Source: Octopus sinensis
Lineage: Eukaryota
NCBI RefSeq assembly: GCF_006345805.1
Contig: NC_043004.1
Coordinates: forward strand, 85,188,001 to 85,252,000
DNA length: 64,000 nucleotides
Reading direction: 5' to 3'
Shown here one piece after another: positions 1 to 15,929 of the stretch. Position 1 is the stretch's first letter. Each line of letters begins with the position of its first letter. Below the pieces are notes generated by a model that worked only from the letters and a program-made list of their open reading frames with translations, searched no databases and was not told the origin of the DNA. The translations under genes and the position numbers were made by a program.

Positions 1-2501
1 TGGATCGCCTGACCATCGGGACGCATCCTTTCCACAAGAAGCGGAAGAGAATGCGTTCTAGTTTGGTGATGGTAGCTTCGGGACAAGGTACGACGGTCAG
101 GCGGTAGTAGATGATTGACGCGATGTACGTGTTCGCCACCTCCGCCCGACCTTTTAGGGACAGCTTTCTCTCGGCTCATTGCCGGGCGAGAGTGACCACC
201 CTACTCGTTATCTCGTTCCAGTTCTTCTCCATTTGGAGGCCCGGACCGAGCCAGACTCCGAGCAACTCAACCGGGCCGTCTGTCCAGCGTCCCACGACGG
301 AGGTACTGGTGGACGGCATGGGCTTGCTTCTCCAGGTGCCGAGCCGCAGGCCCACTGACTTTTCCCGGTTGATTTTTGCTCCTGTCACCGCTTTTTAGTC
401 TTTCAGTGTCTCGCCGACGAGCTCGATGTGCTCGTGGCTTGACACTATGACGGTGACGTCGTCCGCGTATGCAGACACGCTCGTCCCGCATCCCAATTCT
501 CGCGGGATGCCCCTCAGAGTCGCCAGCTTCCGCAGTAGTGGCTCAAGAGTCAATACGTACAGAAGCGCCGAGAGGGGGCATCGCTGACGGACCGAACGTG
601 CAATGCCGAAAGTTCTTGATAGATGTTTATTCACGCGAATTACCGAACGGATGCCTCTGTACAAGGCAGCTATCCAGCCGCGGAAGACGGGACCGAAACC
701 AGCCACTCTCATGACTGCCTCCAAGTATCGATGGTCTACCCTATCGAAGGTTTTCGATTGATCCAAGTTGATCAGGGCCGCACCCATGCCAGGTTCCTTA
801 ACTACTCTGTCTATGATGTAACGGATCAGATGGAGGTTGTCATGGATGCTCCGGCCCGGCACGGCGCACGTTTGTGCGTTGTCGATCAGTTTCTCGATGA
901 CAAGCGCCAACCTCTTGGCTAACACCTTTGTCAAAATTTTCAGGTCTGCATTGAGCAGAGTGATTAGTCTAAAGTTATTCATAATTTTCCCCATGTTTGG
1001 ATCTTTCTTCAGCAGCGTTACGGCTCCTCGACTCACAAAACCGGGTATGCTCCCGTTTTGCTGCCAGTTGCAGTATACCGCTGCCAAGACGTCTCCAAAC
1101 AAGTCTGGCATTCAGTTGTAAAACTCGTAGGGCAGACCATCCAAACCCGGCGATTTGTCTCTCGAGCATTCTGCCATCGCGTCCCGCACATCCGCCGCCG
1201 TGATGGCACTTTCACAGCACTCTGCCTCTCTTGCCAAGAGTCGTGGTAGGCTGTGCAGGAAGGCACTGAAGTCCACCCTGCGTTCACGCTCGCCACTCGT
1301 CCCGTACAGTCGGGCAAAGTGCCGCTGAAATGTCTCGCACATCTTGCTGGGCTCGAGCAATTCGCGCCCTTGTTCATCTACCAGGGACCGAATGGTGACT
1401 TTGTTGCTCTGCTGCGCCTACGCCACCCGGGCCTCCCTCGCGGCTCCAACACTTTCCATCCTTAGAGCACGCATCCTAGCCCTGACAGCACACCCTTCGT
1501 GTTTGGCGTTGAAGTGTTGGTCAAGGGCCAACCTCGCCGCTAAAACGTCGGATGTGATGCCGTTTCTTATTGCCTCTTCTAACTTCTTAACTAACTCACT
1601 CTCTACTCTATTTCTATCTACGGCTAGTGCCTTGCTATATCTAATTGCTTCCGCTTTTACTGCTCTCTTGAGGGCGAACCACCATTTGTTGTTGACAATG
1701 GCTCCTGCTAAAGCCCTTTTTAATAACGTGTTGATTCTCTCTCTGAAAACCTGTCTGGACGGGAAAGATGCGTTCAGTTTCCAGTGTCTTATCTAATGTT
1801 AGCGTACACGTCACGAATTTGTGATCCGTGTAGCTGACTGTGTGGAATTGTGGACATCCTAAGTTATCCCTGTCTACTGTCCTACACAGTATCCTATCTA
1901 GATACGACCTCGACGACCCACTGCGGTTGTTCCATGTCCACGTTGGTGCATTTGTGTGGTCGAGTCGGTACCTGTCAGACAGTTGGAATCGTCTGAGCAG
2001 GTGTCTGAGGCATTTGCATCCCCTTCTGTTTTTGTCTCTCCCCACATAGTCTAGATGCGTGTCCAAGGTAGCATTCCAATCCCCCACTAAAAGTAAAGGA
2101 CGAGACGTTCCCATGAATACTTCTAGACGTCGAAAGAAATCCGGCCGACCTGTTAAAGGCGGTGCGTAGACTGATACGAGTCGAAAAGCGCAGCCATTGC
2201 TGCCGTCGACATCCAGAACGACCAGTCTACCCTCCGGGTCTACGAATATCGTCTTGACTTCGAGAACCAGGCTATTGTGAAAAATTACGGCGGTGCCACT
2301 ACCGCCCATCCTCGGCAGACAGGGAGCAAAATAAATGTTAAACTGTCCGCCAAAGATGGACTTTAGGGCCCGTGGCTCGTGGAGTCTGGTCTCACTTATG
2401 GCTATGATTCCCAAATCGTGTGACTTGATGTCATTTAGGAGGTATCCTTATTTCCAAGGAGACCCCAAGCCACGCGCATTCACACAATCAATCTTGACCA
2501 T
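1..2501 (-). pseudogene. ORF2 (APE endonuclease + reverse transcriptase) of Tx1-like copy 1, disrupted
   Basis: ATG at 2501 (MVKIDCVNARGLGSPWK*GYLL). APE motifs AISETRL, LLVGDWNA, SYLDRI, TDHKFV. RT motifs KSPGLDGLPYEFY, ITLLNADLKILTKVLAKRL, DQSKTFDRVDH, SAYADDVT. Confidence 0.9.
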
Positions 2502-2884
2502 GATTCTGTTGGGGTGTGTGCTTTAAAACACAAAAGGGAAGGTACAGAGAGTTACTTACTTGTGTCGAAAGTTTTGGCTTCCTCGTACTTTGATGTGTCT
2601 TGGAGGAGGTTTTTATAGAGTTTTTATGAAAGGTATTTTTGGAACCCCCAACCGCATTTGGAAAGAGGCCTTTGAGTGTGTGGTGTTGTGTTTGTGTGAT
2701 GTGTAGTATTTTGATGTGTTTGGGTGGTGTAGTGCGTGGATGTTTGTTAGTTTTGAAGTCATCTTCACAGATGTTTGTGTGGGCTGTGATGTACTCCATT
2801 AGTTTGGAGTCTTTGGTGTCTATCGCTGATAGCATTGTGCATGCTTTTGTGGTGTTGGTGCTTGTATGGTTGTGTATGGAGCTT

Positions 2885-4014
2885 TCAGGGTTCAGGTATC
2901 TCCCTGCTTTGGTTGCGTTTTCTTTGTTTTTTTAATCTTTTTCTTTTACCCCCGGTGGCTATTTGCCATTCTGTCGAACTTTCATCGTTAGATGAAAAGT
3001 CTGACGAATCAGCAGGAGGCAAGGGTAAAGCATCTCGGTCTGTTTGTGCTGTTTTAGATATTGTTGTGGTGTGCAGCGGGGTGCTGGGGGGGTTTGGTGT
3101 GGTGGTTGTCTCTCCTACATCCTTGGTGCTTGTCTTCTTCGTTGTTGTTCTCGGTGTTGGAATTAGTTTAGTTGTTGTTGGTGGTGATGACTCTGTTCCT
3201 GGCGCAGGTGGTGGTGTTGTTTGGTTGGGTTGGTCCGTTCTTTGTTGCTTTTCATGCATTTCTGCATATAGCTTCTTGATTAGCCGTCCATACTGTGGTG
3301 CGGGCAATAATGCTGACTTTTGTGGTTTTTCCTGTGGCTGTTGTTGTTGTTGTTGTTTCGCGGCAGATTTGCACTCCTTTTTGAGGTGTGTTTCACTGCC
3401 GCATGTATAGCAGCGTGGCCTTCTGCCCTCGACTACTACATACAACTTGCGGCCATCCGCAAGATGTACGTGGGTGGGAATTTTGTTAATGTCGTCTTGG
3501 CTTATGTGGAAGAGAATCTCCATTCTCTTTCCCACCCAGTCCTTGTGTTTCGAAACAGTGATATCCAGGATGTTTATGTCCTCCATTTCGACGCATATGG
3601 CGGATGTTATCCATAGTGTGGTTGTTATTTGCGGGACATTATTGATAATGACCTTTGTCACCTTCTGGCCAAAGTAACTGGGTGTCATTGTTAGCTCATC
3701 TGAATGAAGAGTTAGCGTTGAGAATTGCTTTGCCAACTCTTCATTCTGAAAAACCACCTGTACGTGGGCAAACTTGTTCGACCAAGTCACATACTCCTTG
3801 TATCCCCAGATGGGTGTAGGCACTTTTCTATTTTGTCCGTGCTTGCTTTTTCTGGAGTTTTAATTGTGTTGTTTGTTATTTTATAAATAATAGTTTTCTT
3901 TTTTTCCTCATTCACTATGTGTTTTGGTATATGTAATTGTATTTTGCCGTTTTCTTTGGTGATTAGGGTTCTGGAGTCTTTTATCTGCTGTGCAGTAAAC
4001 GATACTCTTGTCAT
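2885..4014 (-). pseudogene. ORF1 (gag-like nucleic-acid-binding protein) of Tx1-like copy 1, frameshifted near 3825
   Basis: ORFs 3787-4014 and 2885-3823 join. Zinc knuckle EGRRPRCYTCGSETHLKKEC (CX2CX4HX4C) is followed by a Q/T/P-rich low-complexity tail. Confidence 0.8.
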
Positions 4015-4844
4015 TTTTTCTTTTATCGCCTCGGCGAAGTTTGTTGTTGTTTTGTTATTGTTGTTACTGCTGGTGGTGTTGGTGTTGATGGCAGGGGTGT
4101 GGGTTGTGGGTATATTAGGTTTGTGGTTGCTGATTATGCAACTAGCAAGGGGTGGAAAATTGTCTGCGTAATTTGCTCCTGCATTAGCGCAAAATTCGGC
4201 ACCTCGTTTGATGGTCGCGGTTATTTTTTTCTAACCTTCATTTGTTGGTGATGGAGGGAACAGTGGCTGAAGGGAATTGCTGTTGTTGTTGTTATTGTCG
4301 TTCTTGGTGACGGCGGTGGTATTAGTAGCAAGGGAGGCATTGACGGCACGGTCTTTGGTGGCGGTGATGGTGATGTTGGTATAGTTATTGTTGTTGGTAG
4401 TGGTGTCGTTAGCAGAGATAGCAGTTGTAGTAGCAGAAGCTGCCATGGTAGTGGTGTCGGTTTTGATGGTGGAATCATTGGTGGCGGTGACGTTGCTTGG
4501 CCTTGCGACCTTTGTTTTGTATTTGTTGCTGTTGTCAATGCTGATGGTGGTGTAAGTAGTGTTTACACAGTCAAGTTCAGCGCATGCTGACAGGGCAACC
4601 TGTTTTTTTTATTTTGGCGTCACGCTTCAGTTGCGCCTCAGCCTCGTAGTGACTAGTAGCCATTTTTGAAAATTAAATGGCTAAAATACAACACGAGGTC
4701 TACGAGAATTTTTAAAATTTTGCCCACAAAGGGCAAAATTTTGTGTAGATATTAGTAAAGGTTTGCAAAATATTTGACAATAAACACTTTTGAACGTACA
4801 AAATGACCAACTTACTCGGAGCCCATTTGACTTGTATCTGTCTG

Positions 4845-4950
4845 TCCAGAGAGATAGATAAATAAATAGATAGATAGATAGATAGATGAATGGATGGATC
4901 GATCGATGGATGGGTAGATCAATCGATAGTTAGACAGCAGGCACGCAAAC

Positions 4951-5044
<94 letters not shown>

Positions 5045-5045
5045 T
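4845..5045. repeat. (GATA)n microsatellite, partly degenerate
   Basis: Direct reading. Confidence 0.95.
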
Positions 5046-5757
5046 CATATATATTAGCGGATATACGAACTTGCGTGTTATAGGTGGTTTGAGATTTTGT
5101 GAGCTTAGGTAATTTAAATAAATATATTTGAATGAATATTGTTTCTGATTTCTTTTCAAGAGCAATAAATATCTCTCCTCATCTAGATTTAATATATATA
5201 TCCTCTTTATCTATATTTACTAAAGAAAATTTCCGAATTTACAATTGTTTTATCATAATACTTTCATTATTTTCTATCCATTATATATTTTTATCTCCTG
5301 TTTTATTACTTCATTATATTTTCATTGTTTTATTTGATCAATCATTAGAATATAAGTACAAATAAATAAAACTCCTGTCTCAGTTTTAAGATATATCTTT
5401 ACGAAACAAGCTGTTAATATTTGCATTATTTATGATTCAGAATGAAATTCATCAATCACTAGAGAAAATACCAGTAAGTCACACATATACAATATACACA
5501 CGTTTAAACAAACACAAAGACACACGGTAACATACGCATGATAGACTCTCTCAAAGAATAATATACACATATACGTAGAGCTATCTCTCTCTTTCTCACG
5601 CTCCCCTCTCTAACTCTCTCTTTCTCTATGTATATGTAAGTAGACACACACGCACACATATTTATTGATATATGGCCTTTGCACAATACATATGTATTTA
5701 TATATATATATATATTCACATACATATGTACATATACATATGTATATACATATATGC

Positions 5758-5801
<44 letters not shown>

Positions 5802-6299
5802 TTTGTGATATATATGCGTGTGTGTTCGTGTTCGTGCGTGTGTCTCTGTGTCTCTGTCTACTCGCATTATGATAGAAGAAATTAACTGTCGTTTCATTGT
5901 TTGTTTCACTTTGATGATATCCGTTACAGTGCAGCGTCCCTGGCGATGACTTTCACCGAGTTAGCACATTGTACTTCACAACACATCAGGTTCTCATTTC
6001 TGTCCTTTAGTTTCTATCATTTATCTCCTTGAAACCCTGTATGTTGATGCCGTTTTCGGACATTTGGCACTATATAATGTCTCCTCATTCTAGTGTTTCG
6101 GTATCTTTGAAAGCCCAAGGTAGTTACACGCCCTTCCAGAATTATACAGACTTATATTACTGCCGGTCTTTCCCAGCAGCTTTTCACGGAGTATAGTCTA
6201 AACATTTTCAGCCTTACCCAGTAGTTGACCTCGTATACTGAGTCAATGAAGCCTGTGGATTGCCATTACTTTCCCACTGTGTGATGACAATATTGTTTG

Positions 6300-6595
6300 T
6301 TCCTTCTCGAGCCACGCTTAGCTCATAAGGGCCGGTTTCCCGGTTTCCTTGGCGTATAGGTTCCTCACCTTGACGGGACGCGGTCCGTCGCAGGTGGGCT
6401 GCAAGATGCAGGAGAAAAGAGTGAGGGAAAGTTGTGGCTAAAGAGTTAGCAGAAGTTCGCCATTACTTTCTGCCGGAGCCGCGTGGAGCTTAGGTGTTTC
6501 GCACATAAACACACACATCGCCCAATCTCAGATTCGAACCCGCGATCCTTCGACCCCGAGTCCGCTGCTCTAACCACTAAGCTAAGTGCCTCCAC
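6300..6595 (-). mobile_element. tRNA-derived SINE, group B
   Basis: Minus-strand head GTGGAGGCACTTAGCTTAGTGGTTAGAGCAGCGGACTCGGGGTCGAAGGATCGCGGGTTCGAATC has A- and B-boxes; body shared with 34995-35319 and 38895-39184. Confidence 0.75.
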
Positions 6596-6830
6596 GATGA
6601 CATTATTAGAGAGCAGTAATCAGAGCTGCTGGGGACTAAAGTGATCCAGAAAACGATGTTGTGTTCCTGTTCTTCTGTTCTGAAAGTTCTGTGGATCCAT
6701 CCTTTCAGCCGCATGTATTTTATTACCAACTTCGTTATATGTACCTGGAAAATGCTTCACTACTCAGCTAAATACATATCTACATTCATACACACTCACA
6801 CACACATACACACATACACATACACACATA

Positions 6831-6885
<55 letters not shown>

Positions 6886-7257
6886 CATACATACGTGCAT
6901 ACATATATACAGACATACATACATAAATACATACATACATACATAACAATCGTGAGAATCTAGGTTTCTCAAAACTAGAAAGGATAAAGTTGATTGGAAG
7001 ACCACAAATCCAAGCCATCACTAGAACTGTAAAAATCCGTTTAACATTTAAGTATCTTTGAGCATATCTAGATATGCAAATATATGCATGCAAATACATA
7101 GATAAAAGAAGCTACAAATCTGCCCACATACGTATATACCTAGAAAAATACTTTGTCGGTATTCTTGAAATTCTAATGAAGGAGTCTTGGATTTAGATTA
7201 AAAAGCACCTCTTCCTCTATTGGCAAAAAAATCGAAATGCAACTAAATAACGACATA

Positions 7258-7280
7258 GATAGATAGAAATGGAGACAGAC

Positions 7281-7372
<92 letters not shown>
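7258..7372. repeat. (GATA)n microsatellite
   Basis: Direct reading. Confidence 0.95.
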
Positions 7373-7373
<1 letters not shown>

Positions 7374-7499
7374 CCTTTCTTTATCAGCCACACAGATGCT
7401 AACACAGAGGGGACAAAATACAATGTAGTGCTTTTCTTTTCGAAAGAAGAAAACACATATTTAATAGAAAATACACAACCATCAAAAAGGATCGTTTAT

Positions 7500-10400
7500 C
7501 ACAGAACACAGCAAAAAACGTAAAAAAAAAATGATTAGGTTATCCGTGGAAAGAAAAACCTACGAAAAAGACTACGGTAACCTCAGGCAGGGTGAGGAAA
7601 AACACTTCAGTGCCAAGTGCACTCTCTCTCTTCGATTTACAGGATCATGCTCAAAGTGGTTTCGTCATGCACGGGTACCATATTTGCTACATTAACCCAT
7701 GTTTTATTGAATTTTCATGAGACAAAATCTGCCCCTCTATTCTCAGTTTCCTTTTCAAATGGTACTTGAAAAAGTTGATGATCGATTGACCAGAGAGGAA
7801 AGTGTTTGTCTATAAAACTTTCGGCCGAGTCCACCACACACTTTCTTTCACCATGGCCACCAGTACGATGAAAACTGCTTTGCCTTCCCTGTTAAGGTGG
7901 TGGAGAAATTTTCACGATAGACTCGGCCGACAACAGAATTCATCCCACACGTGACAGCTGACGTTCGGCATAAGTCCATAGGTCCGAAATGGTTGGAAAC
8001 TGCACAACTTCGTGTAAAAAGGTTTTCGTCGCTCTGACCGCATCTCGGGCAAGTCGTTTCGGTGTGTCTTGAACCGTACCTGTAATGCTTATCCCGAACG
8101 GGAAATGCTTGCCGATAGCGCTGCCAGGTCTGGTGATTGCCCATAGGTCCCGGCCCGAAACTTGTCCTGAACAGGCAGGTCAGGTGTTCCTCGTCGACGC
8201 CCAGATTCTCTCCGAGAACGTCGTCGCACCTTCTCTCCACTAATCCTCTACAGAAAGCCTTTGTGGATCTTGTATAGAACGCTTTTGAAGTCGCCTAATT
8301 TCGGTCCTGGATGGCAGAGTTGCTTGAGAGCAACGCGACACAGGCGGTGCCATTCGCCTAGTCTTGGTCTCTGTTTGGTATATATCTATCACAAACAGCG
8401 ACCACACCTGTCTCTAAAAGGCCGGAGACGTCGCAGTCTCAGCGCATGTCTGCGCATCTTCAACCACGGCATGCCCAGCCCTCCCTTTCGCGGGTGTTGA
8501 CAGCAAATGGATCACCATCGGAACGCTTCTCTTCCACAACAAGCGGAAGAGTATGCGTTCCAGTTTGGTGAAGCTAGCGACAGAACAAGGCACCGCAGTC
8601 AGACGGTAATCGATGATGAATGTGATATACGCGTTCGCCACCTCTGCTCAACCTTTTAGGGATAGCTTCCTCTCGGCCCATTGCTGTTTGAGAGTGGCCA
8701 CCCTACTTGCTATCTCGTCCCAGGTCTTCTCCATTTGTATGTCCGAAACGAACCAGGCCCAAGCAAATTCACCGGTCCGTCGGTCCAGCGTCCCACGTTG
8801 GAGACGCTGTTGGACGGCATGGGCTTGCTTCCCCAGGTGCCGAACCGCAAGCCCACTGACTTTTCCCGGTTAATTTTCGCTCCCGTCTCCGCTTCATATT
8901 CTTTTAGTGTCTCGCCGACGAGGTCGATATGCTTGTGTCTTGACACTATCGTGGGGACACTGCCCATATATACTGAGAGGCTCTTCCCACATCTCAGTTT
9001 TCGCGGGATGCCCTTCAGCGTCGTCAACTTCCGTAGTAGTGGCTCTAGAGTCAATACGTACAGAAACGACGAGAGGGGGCATACTTGATGGGTGATGTTT
9101 ACTGGTTTCGACACATGACCATTTACGCGAACTACCGAGGGGATACCGCTGTATAAGGTAGCGATCCAACCGTAGAACACAGGACCGCAACCAGCCGCAC
9201 TAAGGACAGCCTCCAAGTATCGGTGGTCTTCCCTGTCAAAATTTTTCCATTCATCCAACATGTTCAGCGCCCCACCCATGCTAAGTTCCTTAACTATCCT
9301 GTCTATATTGTAGTGCATAGATGCTCCTGCCCGGAACGGCGCATGTTTGCGCCTTGTCGTACAGTTTCTCGATGACTAGCGTCAACATCTCGGCTAACAC
9401 CTTGGCCAAAATATTAAAACCTGCGATGAGCAGAGTGATGGGTTAGGGTTATCTATGACATTCTTCTTGTTTGGATCGTTTTCTAGCAGTGCTACTGCCC
9501 CTTGCTTCGCAGAAACGGGGCTACTCCCGTTTTACTGCCATTTGCAGTAGACCGCTGTCAAGACGCCTTCACACAAGTCTGGCATATGACAATATAGTTC
9601 GTAGGGTATACCATCCATGCCTGGCGACTTGTCTCCCTCGCAGCATGCCATCGCATTCTGTACGTCCAAGGCTGTGATGGGTTTTGCACAACAATCCGCC
9701 ACTCTTCTTGAGAGTCGTGACAAGCCATGCAGGCAGGCACTAAAATCCATCCTGCGTTCTGACCCACCAGTTGTCCCGAACAGTCGAGCAAAGTGTTGTT
9801 TAAATGCCTTACACATCGTTTCGGGCTCGAGTAATTCGCGCCCTTATTCATCTCTCAGAAACCTAATGGTGGATTTGTTTCCTCGTTGCGCCTCCGGCAC
9901 TTGGGCCTCTCGGGCGGCTCCAACTCTTTCGTTTCTCAGAGCGCACATCCTAGTTCTGACAACGCATCATTCGTGTTTGGTGTTGAAGTGTTGGTCGAGG
10001 GCTAACCTCGTCGCCAATACGTTGGACCCGATGCCAGTTCTAAGTGACTTTTCTAATTTCTTTATTAGTTCTCCCTCTATTCTATTTCGGCCTAACCGAT
10101 TCTGCTGTAATTGCTCTTTTTACGGCATGCCACCGTCTATTGTTGACGACAGTACCCGTCAATTCTCTCTTAACTAATATGCTAATGCGGTCCCTGAAAG
10201 CTTAGCATGCCGTGAACGATGCGTTCAGCTTCCAGTAAATGGGACCCTGCCTATGGCTCTTAACTAAGTCAAGTGTACAAATCATAAATTTGTGGTCTGT
10301 GCAGCTGACTATATGGAATTGCGGACAAACTCCACTATCCTTATCCACTATCCTACAGTATACTGTATCTAAATACGATCTGGACGAACCGATGCGGTTT

Positions 10401-12169
10401 CTCCATGTCCTCATTGACACACTCGGGTGATCCACTAGGAACCTTTCAAAGAATTGGAAACGTCTGCGCAGGCATTTGAGGCATTTACATCCCCTCCTAT
10501 TACTATCTGTGCCCCGTAGTCTCGATGTGTGTCCAAGGTAGCGTTCCAACCACCCACTAAAAGTAAAGGTCGAGACGTTCCAAGGAAAACCTCTAGACGT
10601 CGAAAGAAACCTTGCCGACTTGTTAAGGGCGATGCATAAACTGTTATCTGCCAAAAAGCACACCTATTACTGCTATCGACATCTAAGTCAACCAACCTAC
10701 CTTGTAGGTCAAGGAAAATTGTCTTTACCTTGAGGTCCAGATTCTTCCGAAGAAGTACCGCGGTGCCACCTCCACCGATTCTCGGCAGACACGGAGAAAC
10801 ATAAATGTTGAAATGTCCGCCGAACATGTGCTGGAGTGTGTAGAATCTGGTCTCACTGATGGTTATGATATGCACATTCTGTGACTTGATGTCAGTTAAC
10901 AAGTAGCCTTGTTTCCAAGGCGACCCCAAGTCACGTATATTTATACAACCTATTCTGCGCATGTTCCTATCGAAAGTTGTGTTTTACACCAAAAGGGAAA
11001 ACGAAAGAAAATGAGAGAGAGAGAGAGTCACTTACTGTCTGAAATTTGTTTGTCCTTCATATTACAGAATTTTCCCAGACGTTATTTGCAGTTTTTTACA
11101 AAGGTATTTTTGAAATCTCTCCTCCTGCATCCAGGTAGAGAGATTTCAGTGCATTGTGTCTGTTCTGTGTTATATATAAGATTTTAATGTGTTGTGCGTG
11201 GCTGTTGTGTGTGGGTAATAATTTGTTTTGGTATAGTTTACTCTTATGTTGGTGTTTGACCTAATGTATTCCATTAGGTTTGGACTGTTAGTGCTTATAG
11301 CTTGTCGACATTGTGGGGCCATTTGATGTTTGTATGTTTGTGTTAATGCTTCTGCGGGTGTTTTGGTTTCGGGAGTGGTAAACCTCCATGTTTTGTTGGT
11401 TTGCTTGTCTATTTTTATTCACTTTTCTCCTCATCCCTCCCGGCCACTTGCCAATCCTCTGTGTCGTTTTTCTCTGAGGACATGTCTGAGGAATCAGAAA
11501 TTGGGGTCTATTTCTGAGTGTGCTGATTTTGTTGTTGGTGTTCGTGCTAGTTGGTGACAGTTGGGATGTGGTGTATGGGTTTTGGGGGTGGGGTATGAGT
11601 CCTTTTGTTTTTCTCTTTTTCCTTTACAGTTGTTGTTCTTCTTGATCATGTTGTCTTTGTTTTTCCTGTTGTTGTTGCTGTACTAATGGCAATTGATTTT
11701 TAGGTGTGATTTGCTACCACAAACTATGCAATGTGTCTTTCTACCTTCGACGCCACATGCAAATTTGGACCGTCTGCCAGTTTTGTAAGAAGTCGAATCA
11801 TTTCAATACTGACTAATCCAATTTTGTTAGTCCAGGACAGCGATTTCCAAAGTGTGGATTAACTCCTCGATATCATAAAATATGTCAGACACAAGCCATT
11901 TTATTTGCATCTCATGGGCATATCTTTGACTTTTATTTTTGTGACTCTACGACCAAGATATGAAGGGATCATCATTAGGTTCTCGTATTCAAAAGGCGTT
12001 GTGTTGAGATCTATAGCTCGTTCTCCACTGTCGAATCTAGCTTCGATCGTGGCAATTTTTTTTTCCCTCTGGTGATGTATTTTTTAAAAGCCCATATAGG
12101 CCTTAAACATTTTATCCTGTTTCTTGGGAGGTAGTTATAATATGTTCATCTTTCTTCAACATTGTCCTG

Positions 12170-12170
<1 letters not shown>
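7500..12170 (-). mobile_element. L1/Tx1-clade LINE copy 2, heavily decayed, truncated within ORF1; 3' end approximate
   Basis: APE start at 10962 (MRRIGCINIRDLGSPWKQGYLL), RT fragments (KSPGMDGIPYELY; YVLTLEPLLRKL), ORF1 remnant at ~11.1-12.17 kb with knuckle EGRKTHCIVCGSKSHLKINC. Colinear with copy 1. Confidence 0.85.
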
Positions 12171-13553
<1,383 letters not shown>

Positions 13554-13704
13554 CCTGTTGTTTCATCGCACATGGTATCTGATAACCGTTTAGGACTTTT
13601 CAAATGCACGCTATGAATTTATTTCACATATTTAACAGATGATATTAAATAATATAATCATTTATGTACATACGTATATATCCATATATGTACACAATAT
13701 ACAA

Positions 13705-13754
<50 letters not shown>

Positions 13755-14479
13755 TCCGAATGACCAATCATACCACTTACACCTATTCGTTTCGATCACC
13801 AGCGAACTTAACCACTCATATCCTCTCTTTATTTATATATGTGTGTATGTGTGTGTGTATAAACATTCTTCTCTCTTTCTGTATAGTAATGGAAGATATT
13901 CGTGGCAAATGCCGTGCCCCCTAATGGGGCCTCACCAGTATCCTCTACGTTGCATACAGAACGTCTTAACCACACGGTGATATGATGGTACGCTTAAAAT
14001 ATTTTTTAATAAAACACTCGCTGAAAGTCGAATAAACAAATCATAAAATAAAATATCTTTTATATTCTACTTTTAGAAATTGGCATAAATGCTTTTAATA
14101 TTGCTTCCATTTTTTCAGAATTTATTTTTAAAGAGATTTCAATATTATTTCACTTAGATGAATAAAACGTAAGAGCCAAAAATATAAAAATGAAAATAAA
14201 GAACCGTATTGGGAAAATGTTAAATGAATAAATATAATATAAAAGAAAATATGATGATATATTGTTGAGGCGATGTTCTTTGTAAACAAACGATATGGTT
14301 TTCTTTGAAAGGTTATTGATAATTCAGGGTTCAAATGTCGGAATTAATGGTGGATGGGCTTGAAATGTTTTCTAAAGGAGGATATTACAATGAGTGAGCG
14401 TTTTGTTGATATTTTGATTGCGAATGCAAAGTTGACATCACAATAAAAGTTGTGAAATATACGAATTCTTAATAATATT

Positions 14480-14572
14480 ATTGTTGTTTGAGTTAACATC
14501 ATTGTTATTATTATCAATATTATTATCATTGTCATTATTATTTTTATTCTCCTTCTTCTTATTATTATTATA

Positions 14573-14610
<38 letters not shown>

Positions 14611-14623
14611 GTTATATTATTAT

Positions 14624-14654
<31 letters not shown>

Positions 14655-14700
14655 TTTATCATTATTATTATTTTTATTATTATTATTACATTTTACTATT
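14480..14700. repeat. (ATT)n-rich microsatellite
   Basis: Direct reading. Confidence 0.9.
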
Positions 14701-14883
14701 AATAATGGCGCTGTCATTAATATTTTTCATAGTATTATTACTATTATACTTGTTCTTCGTGTTGCTACTGTTGATATTACAATTAGTGATATTATTGAAT
14801 TGCCTTTTCAACTAAAGAAGCGAACGTAATGAGGTAATCATGATCAAACAAAAGGAAACAAACGCGAATCATATACACACACC

Positions 14884-14922
<39 letters not shown>

Positions 14923-15929
14923 AGTATATGTAAATATAATGAACATCCATATAAGTGTGTGTGACTGTGTCAATGTCCCTATGTTACATGTATGTATGTA
15001 TGCATGCTTTATGTATGTGTGTATGTATGTATGTATAACTGTAAGGAGATAATCTCACTTTGCACTTGCTGAACGAAACTAGCTAACACAACATAAACAA
15101 AATACCGAAGCAGTAAATGAACTGGAGAATAATTTTCTCCAAATTATATAAAACAAAAGAATGAATGTTGCAGTATTAATGCAAAATATACATAAAATTA
15201 ATTAAATCGTATCTTGAAAGAACTTCATATTATTTCATATCTTTGTTTTAGAAAACGCAGGGATAATATAAATATATATATAGGATGTCGAAAGAAAAAC
15301 ATAGTCTATCGAAATGTGTGCAAACAGAAGTTTAACACGTTTATACTGAGAAGCTCACAATTACTAGTTAATGTGTTTTACCAGAACACAATCCGTCTTA
15401 GCAACAACGTTTAATACTATACTACTGAAAGGAAGGGAAAAAAATCGATAGTTCTTAAAATGATTTATACGCAATGATTATTACTGCAGCTATAATCACG
15501 ATGCTATCAAACGTTTCTGATTAAGGATAGGCTTTTCAACAGCACCGATTTTCTTGCATCATCTGACTTTTCACCTGAACCCTATGCAGACGATGAAAGC
15601 TGGAGTATATCCGAAGTTTAGAAATATATGCAAAGCTCATGTATGATGGAGAACTAACTACTGTTTGCTGGTTTCTTATTGTAATGTATTCCCAAATATT
15701 CGTTGAAGAAATGCATAGTTGGGAAAGTCTGTGTGTGTAAAGGAACAGGGGAATCGATTGAAATGATACTAGAAGAAACCTGTAATTGACTATTTCGTAA
15801 CAGAATGTATTGAATACAAAACGAGACACAGATGGATTGGAATTCGGCAGGAAATTATATACGGCTTTGTTACATTGTTACACTTCAACAAAAAAATTTG
15901 CATCAACTAGTACTAAAACAGCCATGTCA

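Larger units (their letters stand above)
1..4650 (-). mobile_element. L1/Tx1-clade LINE copy 1, decayed; runs off the left window edge; 5' end approximate
   Basis: Minus-strand order ORF1 (CCHC knuckle), APE endonuclease, RT; several stops and frameshifts split the frames. Confidence 0.9.

Noticed and set aside
6520-6595. tRNA gene (also 39110-39184, 47100-47185, 52440-52540)
   Set aside because: A/B boxes are present, but there is no complete cloverleaf and each runs into a SINE body.
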